Part shown: piece by piece, positions 39,478 to 49,585 of the stretch
How the letters are laid out: each line of letters opens with the position of its first letter
How positions within the stretch are numbered: position 1 is the stretch's first letter
Source of the DNA: Squalus acanthias
Lineage: Eukaryota
Direction of reading: 5' to 3'
Assembly: GCA_030390025.1 (NCBI GenBank)
Contig: CM059440.1
Coordinates: 33,232,001-33,296,000, forward strand
DNA: 64,000 nt
Position numbers and translations under genes: made by a program
The notes under the pieces: generated by a model
The model's input: the letters and a program-made list of their open reading frames with translations, nothing else
Told to the model about the DNA's origin: nothing
The model's database searches: none

Positions 39478-41165
39478 GGGTAATTTTAACCCCCCAACAT
39501 GGGTGGGTCAGGTGGGAAGATAAAATTGAAAAAATTTCAAACCCGAACCCAGCCCACCTCGAACCCGCCCACTTCTGGTTTTAATGGAGGCGGGACGGTG
39601 GACGGGCGACCAACCTGCTCTCAGGAGATGGGTTTCAATGCGGCTGTGCGTCTATGATTTTTTCTTTCTTCCAGCTTTAACGCCAGCTGTCCGGGTTTCC
39701 CTGGACTCGGGAAACCCGGCAGCTGAAGGCAGGCAAGAACTGGTGGATGGAACAGGTAAGTGCCTTTCCAGCACTGCTTGTAAGCCAGGAGGAGCAGAAG
39801 TGCTTCACCCGGCCTGCCAAGCTATCTTGTTAACCTCCCCATGATCAGAGCTCCCCCTCCCGCGCAATCCGATGCCCTCCCCAGGTCCTCCACAGCCCCC
39901 CTGCGATCTGCTCCATGTGCTCCCCACGATCTTCTCCTCTCCTCCCCTGATCTCTCCCAGACCCCACCCATCGATATCCCCTTGACCCCCGATCACTCCA
40001 GGCACCCCATCGATGTCCCCCTCACTGACCCCGATCTCACCGGAGGCCCCCATCGATTGGATTGGGGATCGGATCCCCCCTCTTGGGATCGGACCCTCTC
40101 AGGTCAGGGATTGGACCCCCACCCACCCGGGATCGGACCCCTTCTCCCCCAGGTCAGGGATCGGACCACCCCTGGGGTTAGGGATTGGACCCCCCCTGGA
40201 TTGGACCCCCCCAGGTCAGGGATCAGACCCCCGGGTCAGGGATTGGTCCCCCCCCAGGATCAGACCCTTTCCCCCCGGGTCAGGGATTGGTCCCCCCCCA
40301 GGATCAGATCCCTTCCCCCCTGGGTCAGGGATTGGTCCCCCCCCAGGATCAGACACCCCCACCGGGTCAGGGATTGGACCCCCCCAGGATCAGACCCCCG
40401 GGTTAGGGATTGGACCCCCCCAGGATCGGACCCCTTCCCCCCTGGGTCAGGGATTGGACCCCCCCAGGATCAGAGCCCCCACCCCCCAGGTCAGGGATTG
40501 GACCCCCCCAGGATCAGAGCCCCCACCCCCCCCCTGGGGTCAGGGATTGGACCCCCCCAGGATCAGACCCCTTCCGCCCCGGGTCAGGGATTGGACCCCC
40601 CCAGGATCAGACTCCCCCCCCCGGTTCAGCGATTGGACCCCCCCAGGATCAGACCCCCCCCCCCCCGGATCATGGATTGGACCCCCCCAGGATCAGAGCC
40701 CCCCCCCCGGGTTAAGGATTGGACCCCCCCCAGGATCAGACCCCTTCTCCCCCGGGTCAGGGATTGGATACCCCCAGGATCAGACCCCCCCTGGGTCAGG
40801 GATTGGACCCCACCAGGATCAGACCCCTTTCCCCCTGGGTCAGGGATTGGACACCCCCAGGATTAGACCCCCCTCCGGGTCATGGGTTGGACGCCCCCAG
40901 GATCGGACCCCTTCCCCCCCGGATCGGACACCCACTCCCCCTCCCCTTCGGGGTTGGGGCTCGGACCTACCCGGGTCTGTGGTCGCTTCTCCAGCCTCCC
41001 CTGCCCGACTGGAAGCCAAGCCTGTCCATCAGGCTGACATCCGAGTGGGGTTCTTGTCAGTGACATCACACGCCACTGTGGAATTTAAACCCCACAGCGT
41101 GCGGGGAGACCTGGGCTTCCGGGTTTCCTGCACGCTGCCGGTGGGTCCAAAGGTTAAAATTCCCC
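39478..41165. mobile_element. Harbinger-type MITE with an expanded internal minisatellite
   Basis: TIRs GGGTAATTTTAACC / GGTTAAAATTCCCC; flanks TGA/CGA. Confidence 0.75.
40085..40930. repeat. Irregular ~33-45-bp C-rich minisatellite
   Basis: Recurring GGGTCAGGGATTGGACCCCCCCAGGATCAGACCCC with variable C tracts. Confidence 0.92.
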
Positions 41166-42565
41166 CGATGATTGATTGCTGGGTTAGAATGCATAGATGC
41201 CAGCCATCCTTTGCTGCCTTGGCCAAGTGGCCATCAGTTGTGTATAAGCCTCGACAGTGATGGGGTCATTTTAACCACGGGATCGGGCAGAACGCCGGTT
41301 TTACGCCCCGCCCAATGTTACTGTCCACTGACTTCAGTGGAGAGTGAGATCAGGCGGGGGGTAAAACCAGCGTCGCCCCCGAACACCTCAGTTTGCCGAC
41401 GGCTATATCACAGCCAAGCCAAAGGTCACACATGCCCACTTCCGGCAAGGTGCACTGGTCTGCAATCAAGAGGGGGTAACTGGGACCAATTGTAGTGTTC
41501 GTACCATTTCCTGCAGCCGAGATCAGCGAATCAATGCAAACCCCGGCCTGTATGGCTCAGCTTGCTGAGTCATCAGTGGAGGCCGCACTTTGATCTTTAT
41601 TACACCTGCAGTGTCCGTTTAAATTTGAATTGTTCGAATAATTTTATGCTAATCATAAAGTTATTTGTCAGATATGTTTTTCTTCGATTTCCGCCCCCCC
41701 CCCCCAGAAGATGCTGACTTAGGCGACTTATTCCAAGTTGCCATTTTCCATGTGTGAGTGTTGGCAAGGATTTCAGTCGCAAGGGATCAGTAGATCAGGA
41801 GTGGAAGCCCTGTCTGATTTTTCCACTGTCTGAAATGAGTTTGGGCAATGTTGACCTAGTGTACAGTGCAAACGGTCCATAGTTCAACAACAAGCACAAC
41901 GAATTGCCTTTATACAGGACCTTTAATATTGCAGCATCAGCCCAAGGTGCTTAACAGAGGCATGAGGAAAAATGAACATTGAGCCAAAGGAGAGATTAGG
42001 AGGAGTGACCAAAAGCTTGGTTGAAGAAGTGGGATTTAGGAGAGTCTTAAAGAAGGAGACGGTGATGGAGAGGCAGGGGATTTAGGGGGGGAATTCCAGA
42101 GCATGGGGCCTAGGCAGCTGAAGGCATGGCTGACAATGACGGGGTGAAGGGAAAGGGGGATGCACAAGAGGCCAGAATCAGAAGAACAGAGATTTCGGGG
42201 GCGGGGGTGGTGGTGGAGTGTGCGGTTGTTGTAGGGCTGGAGGAGGTTACAGAGATAGGGAGGGTCAAGCTGATGAAGTGAAACACAAGGCTGAGAATTT
42301 TGAATTTGAGGCGCTGAGGGACTTAGAGCTAATGTAGGTAATTGAAGACAGGGGTGACGGATGAGCAGGACTTGCCATGGGATAGGATATATGCAGCAGA
42401 GTTTTGAATGAGCAGAAGTTTACAGAGGCTGGAGGAAGGGAAGTTGGCCAGGAGAGTATTCGAATAATCGAATCTGGAGGTAAAAAAGGCATGAATGAGG
42501 GTTTCAGCAACAGATGGGATATTAGGGAGGTGGAATTAGGCAATCATTGTGATGGAGAAGCTATG

Positions 42566-43459
42566 GGGGGAGAAATTCAGTATCGCCCCATTTGGGGCGC
42601 AATTATCGGCCGGGCGCAAAGATTAGTGCCTGGTGCTAATTATCGCCTCCGACTGCAAACTTGATTTTTATCGCCCCTGGAGGTGATTGGAGCGCTAAAT
42701 CAGGTGCTTCACACCTGTCTTAAGGCGCAAAGGCCGAAGAGCGAGGCGCTACCTCAGAGCGCTGGCGAAGCTCATGTGATGTCAGTCAGCAATGGAACAC
42801 ACACACAATGACACGGGTCAGTTCTTAAACGGGGGGTTTGATCTTGCTTTCCATCCACATCCTGCTCATTGCAGCCTTGAATCTCGGCCTGGAGAGAACT
42901 GTACATCAAATCTGCTGGAAAGAACAATGGAGAGAACCAGGGAAAGAGCTCAGAGTACAGCCCCCACAGTCTCTTCCAAATCGATACAAGGAAGGGCAAA
43001 TCAAAATGAACCTGCAAAGTGCTGCTCAGTACCCGAAACTCCTTCACACAGCGTTGAATCTCTCCAGAAGTCTCTCTCTCTCTCTCTCAGAATGCGTGGT
43101 TCAAAAATGTCATCAACAATAAAAGGCAGGCAGCGGTCGCCTTTAAATAGCGCTCCCCCAGTCCCTTCCTGACTGCAAAACGCTCCCCTCAACCTGTCGT
43201 TGCTAGCGGCAGGCGGTAAGGCAGGGGGCACCACTCAATATCCGCTCCGGGGCGATACCGGGGCGTTGCGCACTCGACTGACGTCACGATCTGCCGGCGC
43301 AGGAGATTGTGGCGGTAGTGTTTAGCGCCGCTGCAAAATGTCTAGTTAATTTCGCGAGCGGCGCAAACATCGCCACGCCCGGGCGCTAGTTGCTTTGCGC
43401 CACATTAGCGTCCTCTAAAGGCGCTAACGGGAGGCGCAACCAACTGAATTTTTCCCCCC
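42566..43459. mobile_element. Non-autonomous derivative of the 43608-47920 Harbinger lineage (opposite orientation)
   Basis: TIRs GGGGGAGAAATTCAGT / ACTGAATTTTTCCCCCC; TSD ATG; each half is homologous to one end of the autonomous element. Confidence 0.93.
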
Positions 43460-43774
43460 ATGGTGTTACTAACTCAATTCAGGGTCAAATAAGATGAAGA
43501 GAATGTGAACAGTCTATTTCAGCCAGAGAGAGAGGCTGGGGAGGTAGTTGGAATCAGTGGCAAGATTATGGAGCTTGCAGCGGGGGCCTCAGGCTTCAGT
43601 ATTCTTAGGGGTAAAAATTCAGTTGGTTGCGCCTCCCGTTAGCGCCTTAAATGGGCGCTAATGGGGCGTTAAGGCGCTAACGCCCGGGCGCAGCGCTGTT
43701 TGCGCCGCTCGAGAACTTAACTTGAGATTGTGCGGCGGCGCTAAAACTTACCGCTGCGACCACCTGCGCGCGCA

Positions 43775-43930
43775 GATTGTGACGTCATTCCGTGGTGCAA
43801 CGCCCTTGGGGCGCCCCGGAGCGGAAATTGAGTGGCGCCCCCTGCCTTACCGCCTGGCGCTTCCAACGACCGGAAGACTGGAACGTTATCAATCGGTGTG
43901 GGGCTGGGGGGGGCGCTATTTAAAGGGGGC
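43775..43930 (+). promoter_or_regulatory. Putative transposase promoter
   Basis: CRE TGACGTCA at 43780-43787, ACCGGAAG at ~43869, G-rich box, TATTTAAA at 43917-43924, then a (GA)n leader; CRE, TATA and (GA)n are also kept in both MITE copies. Confidence 0.55.
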
Positions 43931-44119
43931 CTCTTCCTGTCTTTTTCTGTGGTCGACATTTATGCACCACTCGTTCTGAGAGAGAGAGAGAGATTCGGAG
44001 AGAGAGAGAGAGAGACTTCTACATTGACTCAACGCTTTGTGAGGTAGTTTTGCCTAGTTCATCCTAACTTTGCTGCTACTTTCGTTGCTGTACCTCATTA
44101 CTTTTCTGGCAAAGAGAAT

Positions 44120-45280
44120 ATGGGGGCTGCAATGATTGGGGGCGTCGTCCTGCTCCAGCTCAATCGGAGGAGAGTGAGACGCAGACAGAGAGTGGCAATG
44201 ATGGCCAGACGGAGGAGGGCCATCAGGCGCATGTACAGGAGAGCTTACCCTCCCAGGGTATATCGTGAACAGCTCTCCTACATCCACATGTCCGAGGAGC
44301 TGTGTTTGCGAAGGCTGCGATTCAGCAAGGAGGTGGTCACTGAGCTCTGCCACCTGCTGCAGCCAGATCTGCAGCCTCAGCTGAGGTCCAGGACGTCTCT
44401 GTCGGTGGCAGTGAAGGTCACAGTGGCTTTGAACTTCTACGCCACTGGCTCATTCCAAGCTGCTGTTGGGGACCTCGCCAATATCTCCCAGTTTGCGGTG
44501 CATCGCTGCATCCGGCAGGTCACCAATGCCCTCTTCACAAGGAGACGAGACTTCATCTCCTTCCCTATGACCCCAGACAAGCAGCATGACCGTGCTATGG
44601 GCTTTGCGAGGGTAGCGGGCTTCCCCATGGTGCAGGGCGCCATTGACTGCACGCATGTGGCTTTGCGTGCTCCGCGAGAGAATGCAGAGGAGTTCCGGAA
44701 CAGAAAGGGGTTCCATTCCTTGAATGTGCAGTTGGTCTGTGACCACAGACAGGTGATTCTCGCTGTCAATGCCCACTATCCGGGCAGCTGCCACGATGCT
44801 TTCATCCTGCGCCAGAGTACTGTGGCAGAAATTTTCGAGGCACCGCATCAGCCAGTTGGTTGGCTTCTGGGGGACAAGGGGTACGCATTGAGCACCTGGC
44901 TGATGACACCGCTCCGTGCGCCAAACACCCCTGCTGAGCTGCGGTACCAGGAAAGCCAACAAGCAACGAGGAACATTATTGAGCGCACAATCGGCGTGCT
45001 CAAACAACGATTCCGCTGTCTGGACCATTCCGGAGGAGCCCTGCAGTACTCGCCTGAGCAAGTTTCCAAATTCGTAGTGGTGTGCTGCATGTTGCACAAC
45101 ATGGCAATCCTCAGGACGCAGCCAATGCCACCAGGCCTTGCAGCACCACAAGAGGAGGAGGAGGAAGAGGAGGAACAGGCCGAGGACGATGATCAGCAGC
45201 AGCACCAAGGCAGGAGGGCGGCCCACAATGGTCAAACTGCAAGGGCCGTCCGTCAACGACTAATAGCAAGCCGCTTCTAG
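44120..45280 (+). CDS. Harbinger DDE transposase (HARBI1-like nuclease), intact, 386 aa
   Basis: Uninterrupted ORF: N-terminal HTH region (RRLRFSKE, FYATGSFQ), catalytic GAIDCTH / LLGDKGY / [28 protein letters not shown], acidic tail. Confidence 0.96.
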   Translation: MGAAMIGGVVLLQLNRRRVRRRQRVAMMARRRRAIRRMYRRAYPPRVYREQLSYIHMSEELCLRRLRFSKEVVTELCHLLQPDLQPQLRSRTSLSVAVKVTVALNFYATGSFQAAVGDLANISQFAVHRCIRQVTNALFTRRRDFISFPMTPDKQHDRAMGFARVAGFPMVQGAIDCTHVALRAPRENAEEFRNRKGFHSLNVQLVCDHRQVILAVNAHYPGSCHDAFILRQSTVAEIFEAPHQPVGWLLGDKGYALSTWLMTPLRAPNTPAELRYQESQQATRNIIERTIGVLKQRFRCLDHSGGALQYSPEQVSKFVVVCCMLHNMAILRTQPMPPGLAAPQEEEEEEEEQAEDDDQQQHQGRRAAHNGQTARAVRQRLIASRF

Positions 45281-45546
45281 GGCCCCTGCACGCAACCCCT
45301 AAGCCGGCCAAGGCACCAATAATTCCAACCACCAGCCATGTATATTTTGAATACAGAAACTTATTTATTGTACAAACTCTGTGTGTGTCAATTCCTCATG
45401 ACAAACTCATAGAAATAAACACAAAAAAACAGTCAATAACATAACTGGTTCTCACAACCTGGAGATAATGTCCAAAACACTAAACAAAAGTTGGGCCATG
45501 AACCTCGGCCTTTAATAAAAAAATGACCAGCATTTTGGCACACCTC

Positions 45547-47563
45547 CTACTTTTTGCCCTTCGAGGGTGATCTCCTTCCCTTGCGCACTTCCCCCCTTCT
45601 AACCCTACTGCTCCTCCGTAATGGGACCTCAGTGGCTGCAGCAAGGCTGATGGAAGGCTGCTGCTTGTCAGACCCTGACACTGCAGATGCCCCTGAAGGA
45701 CGGCCTCGACCACTTCTGGGCCTGGAGGGCCCGGCTGCAGACTGCACCAACTCTGCATGGGCGGCAGCAGTCTGTCCTACAGGCGGTGGCAAGTGCAGTG
45801 GAGAAGTGACAGTGTTGGCAGCAGGAATGCTGTCATCGTGAGAGAGGACAGCAACTCCCTGCTCGCCCGACACACTGGCACTCCCACGGGGCAGCACTTC
45901 AGCATCCGGAGCAATTTGCCGGAGAACAGATTGCTGGCCTGCTGCGGCGCGGTGACAGCCCCGGGGACATGTGCACGAACCATCGAGGATGGCAGCAGTC
46001 AGTGCTCGCGTGGCCTCAATCTGAGTCTGCATGAGAGCAGTCTCAGATGGGTTCCTGGCAGCCAGTGACTGAATTGCAGCAGTAAGCTTTAGTGTGGCAT
46101 CCGCCTGTGCTACAGCGAAGTGCTCCACACTCCTTGCCAGTGCCTCAATGCATTCGGGCACCCTTCCCACTGCACCCATGAGCTCAGTGTGCATGCCCAC
46201 CGCCTGGCTGTTCATTTCTGCAATCAGCCGCTCCTCCTCTGCGTCCATTGCATTAGGAGTGTCTGGCATACTCTCCCTCTGGGGAGAAGGCTCCCGTTCT
46301 TCCCTCCCCCCCCATGGCGTTGCTGCAGCCCGCTGGGTCCTGGAACTTCACCATCATCAGCCCCTTCCCCCCTGCTCCCCCGTTCTTCCCTCCCCCCCCA
46401 ATGGCGTTGCTGCAGCCCGCTGGGTCCTGGAACTTCACCATCATCAGCCCCTTCCCCCCTGCTCCCCTCCGGGGAAGGCGTGTTCCCAGTGTGGCCATGG
46501 GCTTCCTCGGGAGAGGGTGGCACTGATGCTCCGGCTTCCTCTTCCTCCTCAGCTGCAGCATCACTCCCAGTGGCAGCTTCAGGGACCATCTCCTCAGCTG
46601 GTGAATCACCATCTGAAAGCAGGGAGGTACAAGAGTGGCTTTAGTGTGAGGACAGGGTGGCAGTAAGGGAGGAATAAGTGCAGCGAGTTAGCAAGTTGGA
46701 TTGAAAGTGTCAAAGGCTGGTATTGTGAGGGACAAGTGGAAGGACAGAGGACAAAAAGGTGATGACCTTACCATTGCTGTCCACAACGGGGTCGGCGTCT
46801 CCAGTGGCGACGGGACCGATCACCCGGCTTGCCACAATCCTGTGGACGCGCTCCTCCAGATCGCTGAGGGGTTGCAGCTGAAGCCGCCCTCCACCCGTCC
46901 GTTGCTGCTGTCTCCGATTATGAGCCAGCTTGGCCTGCAAGAAAAAGGACAGCATCTGAGTCAATATACAGCCATGGTCTTGCCTGATGTGCCTCCCATA
47001 GGTGAATAGCCCTTACAATATGCAGCCATGGTCTTGCCTGATGTGCCTCCCATAGGTGAATAGCCCTTACAATATGTAGCCATGGTCTTGCCTGATGTGC
47101 CTCCCATAGGTGAATAGCCCTTACTGTATGCAGCCATGGTCTTGCCTGATGTGCCTCCCATAGGTGAATAGCCCTTACTGTATGCAAAGTGTGGAATGTG
47201 TGTGTGTGTTTGATGAAAGGGCCATAGGTGTTGCATGAGTGTTGTGCATTGGGGTTTTAAGACCCTCTGGCCATAGAGTGAGGTTGAGATGGAGGGATGG
47301 AGAGGTATTGAGAAAAAGCCACTCACCCTGACGACCCGAGTGAGGTCGTTGAACTTTTTGCGGCACTGGACATGGGTCCTGGGCACCATGCTCCTGGAGG
47401 AGACGCTCTGAGCCACCTCCCTCCACACTCTTCTGAACTCGCGTGGCAAAGGCCTCCTGCCACTCTCCGGGAACAGCATGCATCGTCTGCGCTCCACTGC
47501 GTCAACCAGAGCATCCAAGGCCCGCTCGGTGAAGCGATGAGCGCGTTCTCTCACCCTCTCCAT
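45547..47563 (-). CDS. Harbinger Myb/SANT-like DNA-binding protein; exons 47563-47327, 46934-46772, 46612-45547; one 1-nt frameshift at ~46313
   Basis: MERVRERAHRFTERAL...W...RTHVQCRKKFNDL | AKLAHNRRQQQRTGGG | acidic linker, helical region, basic tail; canonical GT-AG sites with matching phases (0, then 1). Confidence 0.88.
46966..47186. repeat. 54-bp tandem repeat, 4 copies, in Myb intron 1
   Basis: GCCATGGTCTTGCCTGATGTGCCTCCCATAGGTGAATAGCCCTTAC... at 46971, 47025, 47079, 47133. Confidence 0.95.
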
Positions 47564-48557
47564 GCTTGGCAGCAAAATGGATTACAGGTCTCTCCAGGCT
47601 GAGATTCAAGGCTGCAATGAGCAGGGTGTGGCTGGGAAGCAAGTGGCCCCCCCCGCTTTAAGAAGTGTCCGGCGCCAGTGTGTCTGTGTTCCCTCGCTAA
47701 CTGGCAGCAGCTGCGCTGCGCTCGTGCGCTGAGGTAGCGCCTCACTCCTAGGCCTTTGCGCCTTAAGAGAGGTGTGCAGCGCCTAATTTAGCGCTCCACT
47801 CACCTCCCGGGGCGGTAAAAGTGAAGTTTCCTGTCAGTGCCGATAATTAGCGCCAGGCGCTAATATTTGCACGCGGACGATATTTGCGCCCCAAATGGGG
47901 CGCGACCTAATTTCTACCCCTTAGTGTTTAGCTGCAGGAAATTGAGGATAATCCAAGAGCCTAACGTCACATAGGTAGTGGAATGGTCGGGACAAGTGGT
48001 AGAAAGGTGGAGTTGGATGTTGTCAATATACATGTGGGACCTGACCCCCATGTCTTCAAATAATGTCGTCAAGGGGAAGTATGTAGATGAGGAAGAGGAG
48101 GGGGGTCAGGGTGGGGGGAGGGGGAACAAGGATAGATACTTGAAAGTCACCAGAAGAAAAGGTGCAGGAAGAGAAGCCATCACTGAAATTCAGCACAAAT
48201 TGGCATTATATCAACACTCTTACTCAGAGAGGGTGGTTGGGATGGAATTATTGCACTACTGCAGTCGGAGGTGTTCTTCTGAAGTTGGGGGTTAAGCATA
48301 TTATTGTAACAGTATAGAAAGATGTAAATCCTATCCCTAACTACAAGCTGGGAGGGTTTGATGCTGACACTAAAGGGAAGATTTTCTGATTGTGTGCTTC
48401 TGGTGCAGAGTTGCGCTCACTGGGAGTGGATATTGGAACATTATGCGAATATTGTCCGTGGTGATTTTATGTCCATTAAAATGAATGGAGGGAAAATTGT
48501 GGGCCTTGTCAAATTCCTGCTATGTGCTCCCAATGAGCAACGCCCTGCACCTGAATA

Positions 48558-49442
48558 ATAGAATCATAGAATGGTTATACCATTCGGCCTGTCGAGCCCA
48601 TGCCGGCTCTCTGCAAGAGCAAGAGCGCTTCAGCTAGTCCCACTCCCCCACCCTTTCCCCGTAGCCCTGCAATTTTTTTTCCTTCAGGTACTTATCCAGC
48701 TCCCTTTTGAAAGCCATGATTGAATCTGCCTCCACCACCCTTTCAGGCAGTGCATTCCAGATCCTAACCACTCGCTGCGTAAAAAAGTTTTCCTCATGTC
48801 GCCTTTGGTTCTTCTGCCAATCACCTTAAATCTGTGTCCTCTGGTTCTCGACTCTTCTGCCAATGGGAACAGTTTCCCTCTATCTACTCTGTCCAGACCC
48901 CTCATGATTTTGAACACCTCCATCAAATCTCCTCTCAACAACCCCAGCTTCTCCAGTCTATCATCGTAACTGAAGTCCCTCATCCCTGGAACCATTCTTG
49001 TAAATCTTTTCTGCACCCTCTCTAAGGCCTTCACATCCTTCGTAAAGTGCGGTGCCCAGAATTGGACACAATACTCTAGTTGAGGCCGAACCAGTGTTTT
49101 ATAAAGGTTCATCATAATTTCCATGCTTTTGTACTCTATGCCTCTATTTATGAAGCCCAGGTTCCCGTATGCTTTTTTAACCGCTTTCTCAACCTGCCCT
49201 GCCACCTTCAATGATTTGTGCACACATACCCCCGGGTCTCTCTGTTCATGCACCCCCTTTAGGACTGTACCCTTTAGTTTATATTGCCTCTCCTCGTTCT
49301 TTCTACCAAAATGTATCACTTCGCACTTTTCTGCGTTAAACTTCATCTGCCACGTGTCCGCCCATTTCACCAGCCTGTCTATGCCCTCTTGCAGTCTATC
49401 ACTATCCTCCTCACTGTTCACTACACTTCCAAGTTTTGTGTC
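48558..49442 (-). mobile_element. CR1 LINE 3' fragment
   Basis: WQMKFNAEKCEVIHFG, LVRPQLEYCVQFWAP, RTRGH motifs. Confidence 0.95.
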
Positions 49443-49528
49443 ACAATTGAAAAATTTATCCTATAGGACAAAAAGTGGTAAAAACATTCCACTCCTCTGC
49501 ACTGACAGTGATGAACACAAATACTTAC

Positions 49529-49585
49529 CATAAAAAAGAAATGTATTTTGCAATACTCGTAGCCCAGAGGCACAGATCCTAACAG
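49529..49585 (-). other. Candidate host exon, 57 nt (unverified)
   Basis: Minus-strand acceptor tattttacag and donor ATG|GTAAGT; open in two frames. Confidence 0.25.

Larger units (their letters stand above)
43608..47920. mobile_element. Near-intact autonomous PIF/Harbinger transposon (4313 bp)
   Basis: TIRs GGGGTAAAAATT / AATTTCTACCCC; TSD TTA (43605-43607, 47921-47923); CpG-rich ends; two convergent genes. Confidence 0.96.
41885..48190 (-). mobile_element. Old L2 LINE fragment hosting two Harbinger insertions
   Basis: L2-type 3' end at ~41890-42150; sequence continues at 43463-43604 and 47924-48190 across both TSDs. Confidence 0.65.

Noticed and set aside
39841-41260. 341-aa and 415-aa proline-rich ORFs
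   Set aside because: Open in several frames because the minisatellite lacks stop codons; they lie inside a MITE.
44450-45256. 268-aa antisense ORF
   Set aside because: Shadow of the GC-rich transposase ORF; no recognisable motif.
44120-45280. Domesticated host gene HARBI1
   Set aside because: The ORF lies between TIRs with a TSD and is paired with a Myb gene, so it is a transposon transposase.
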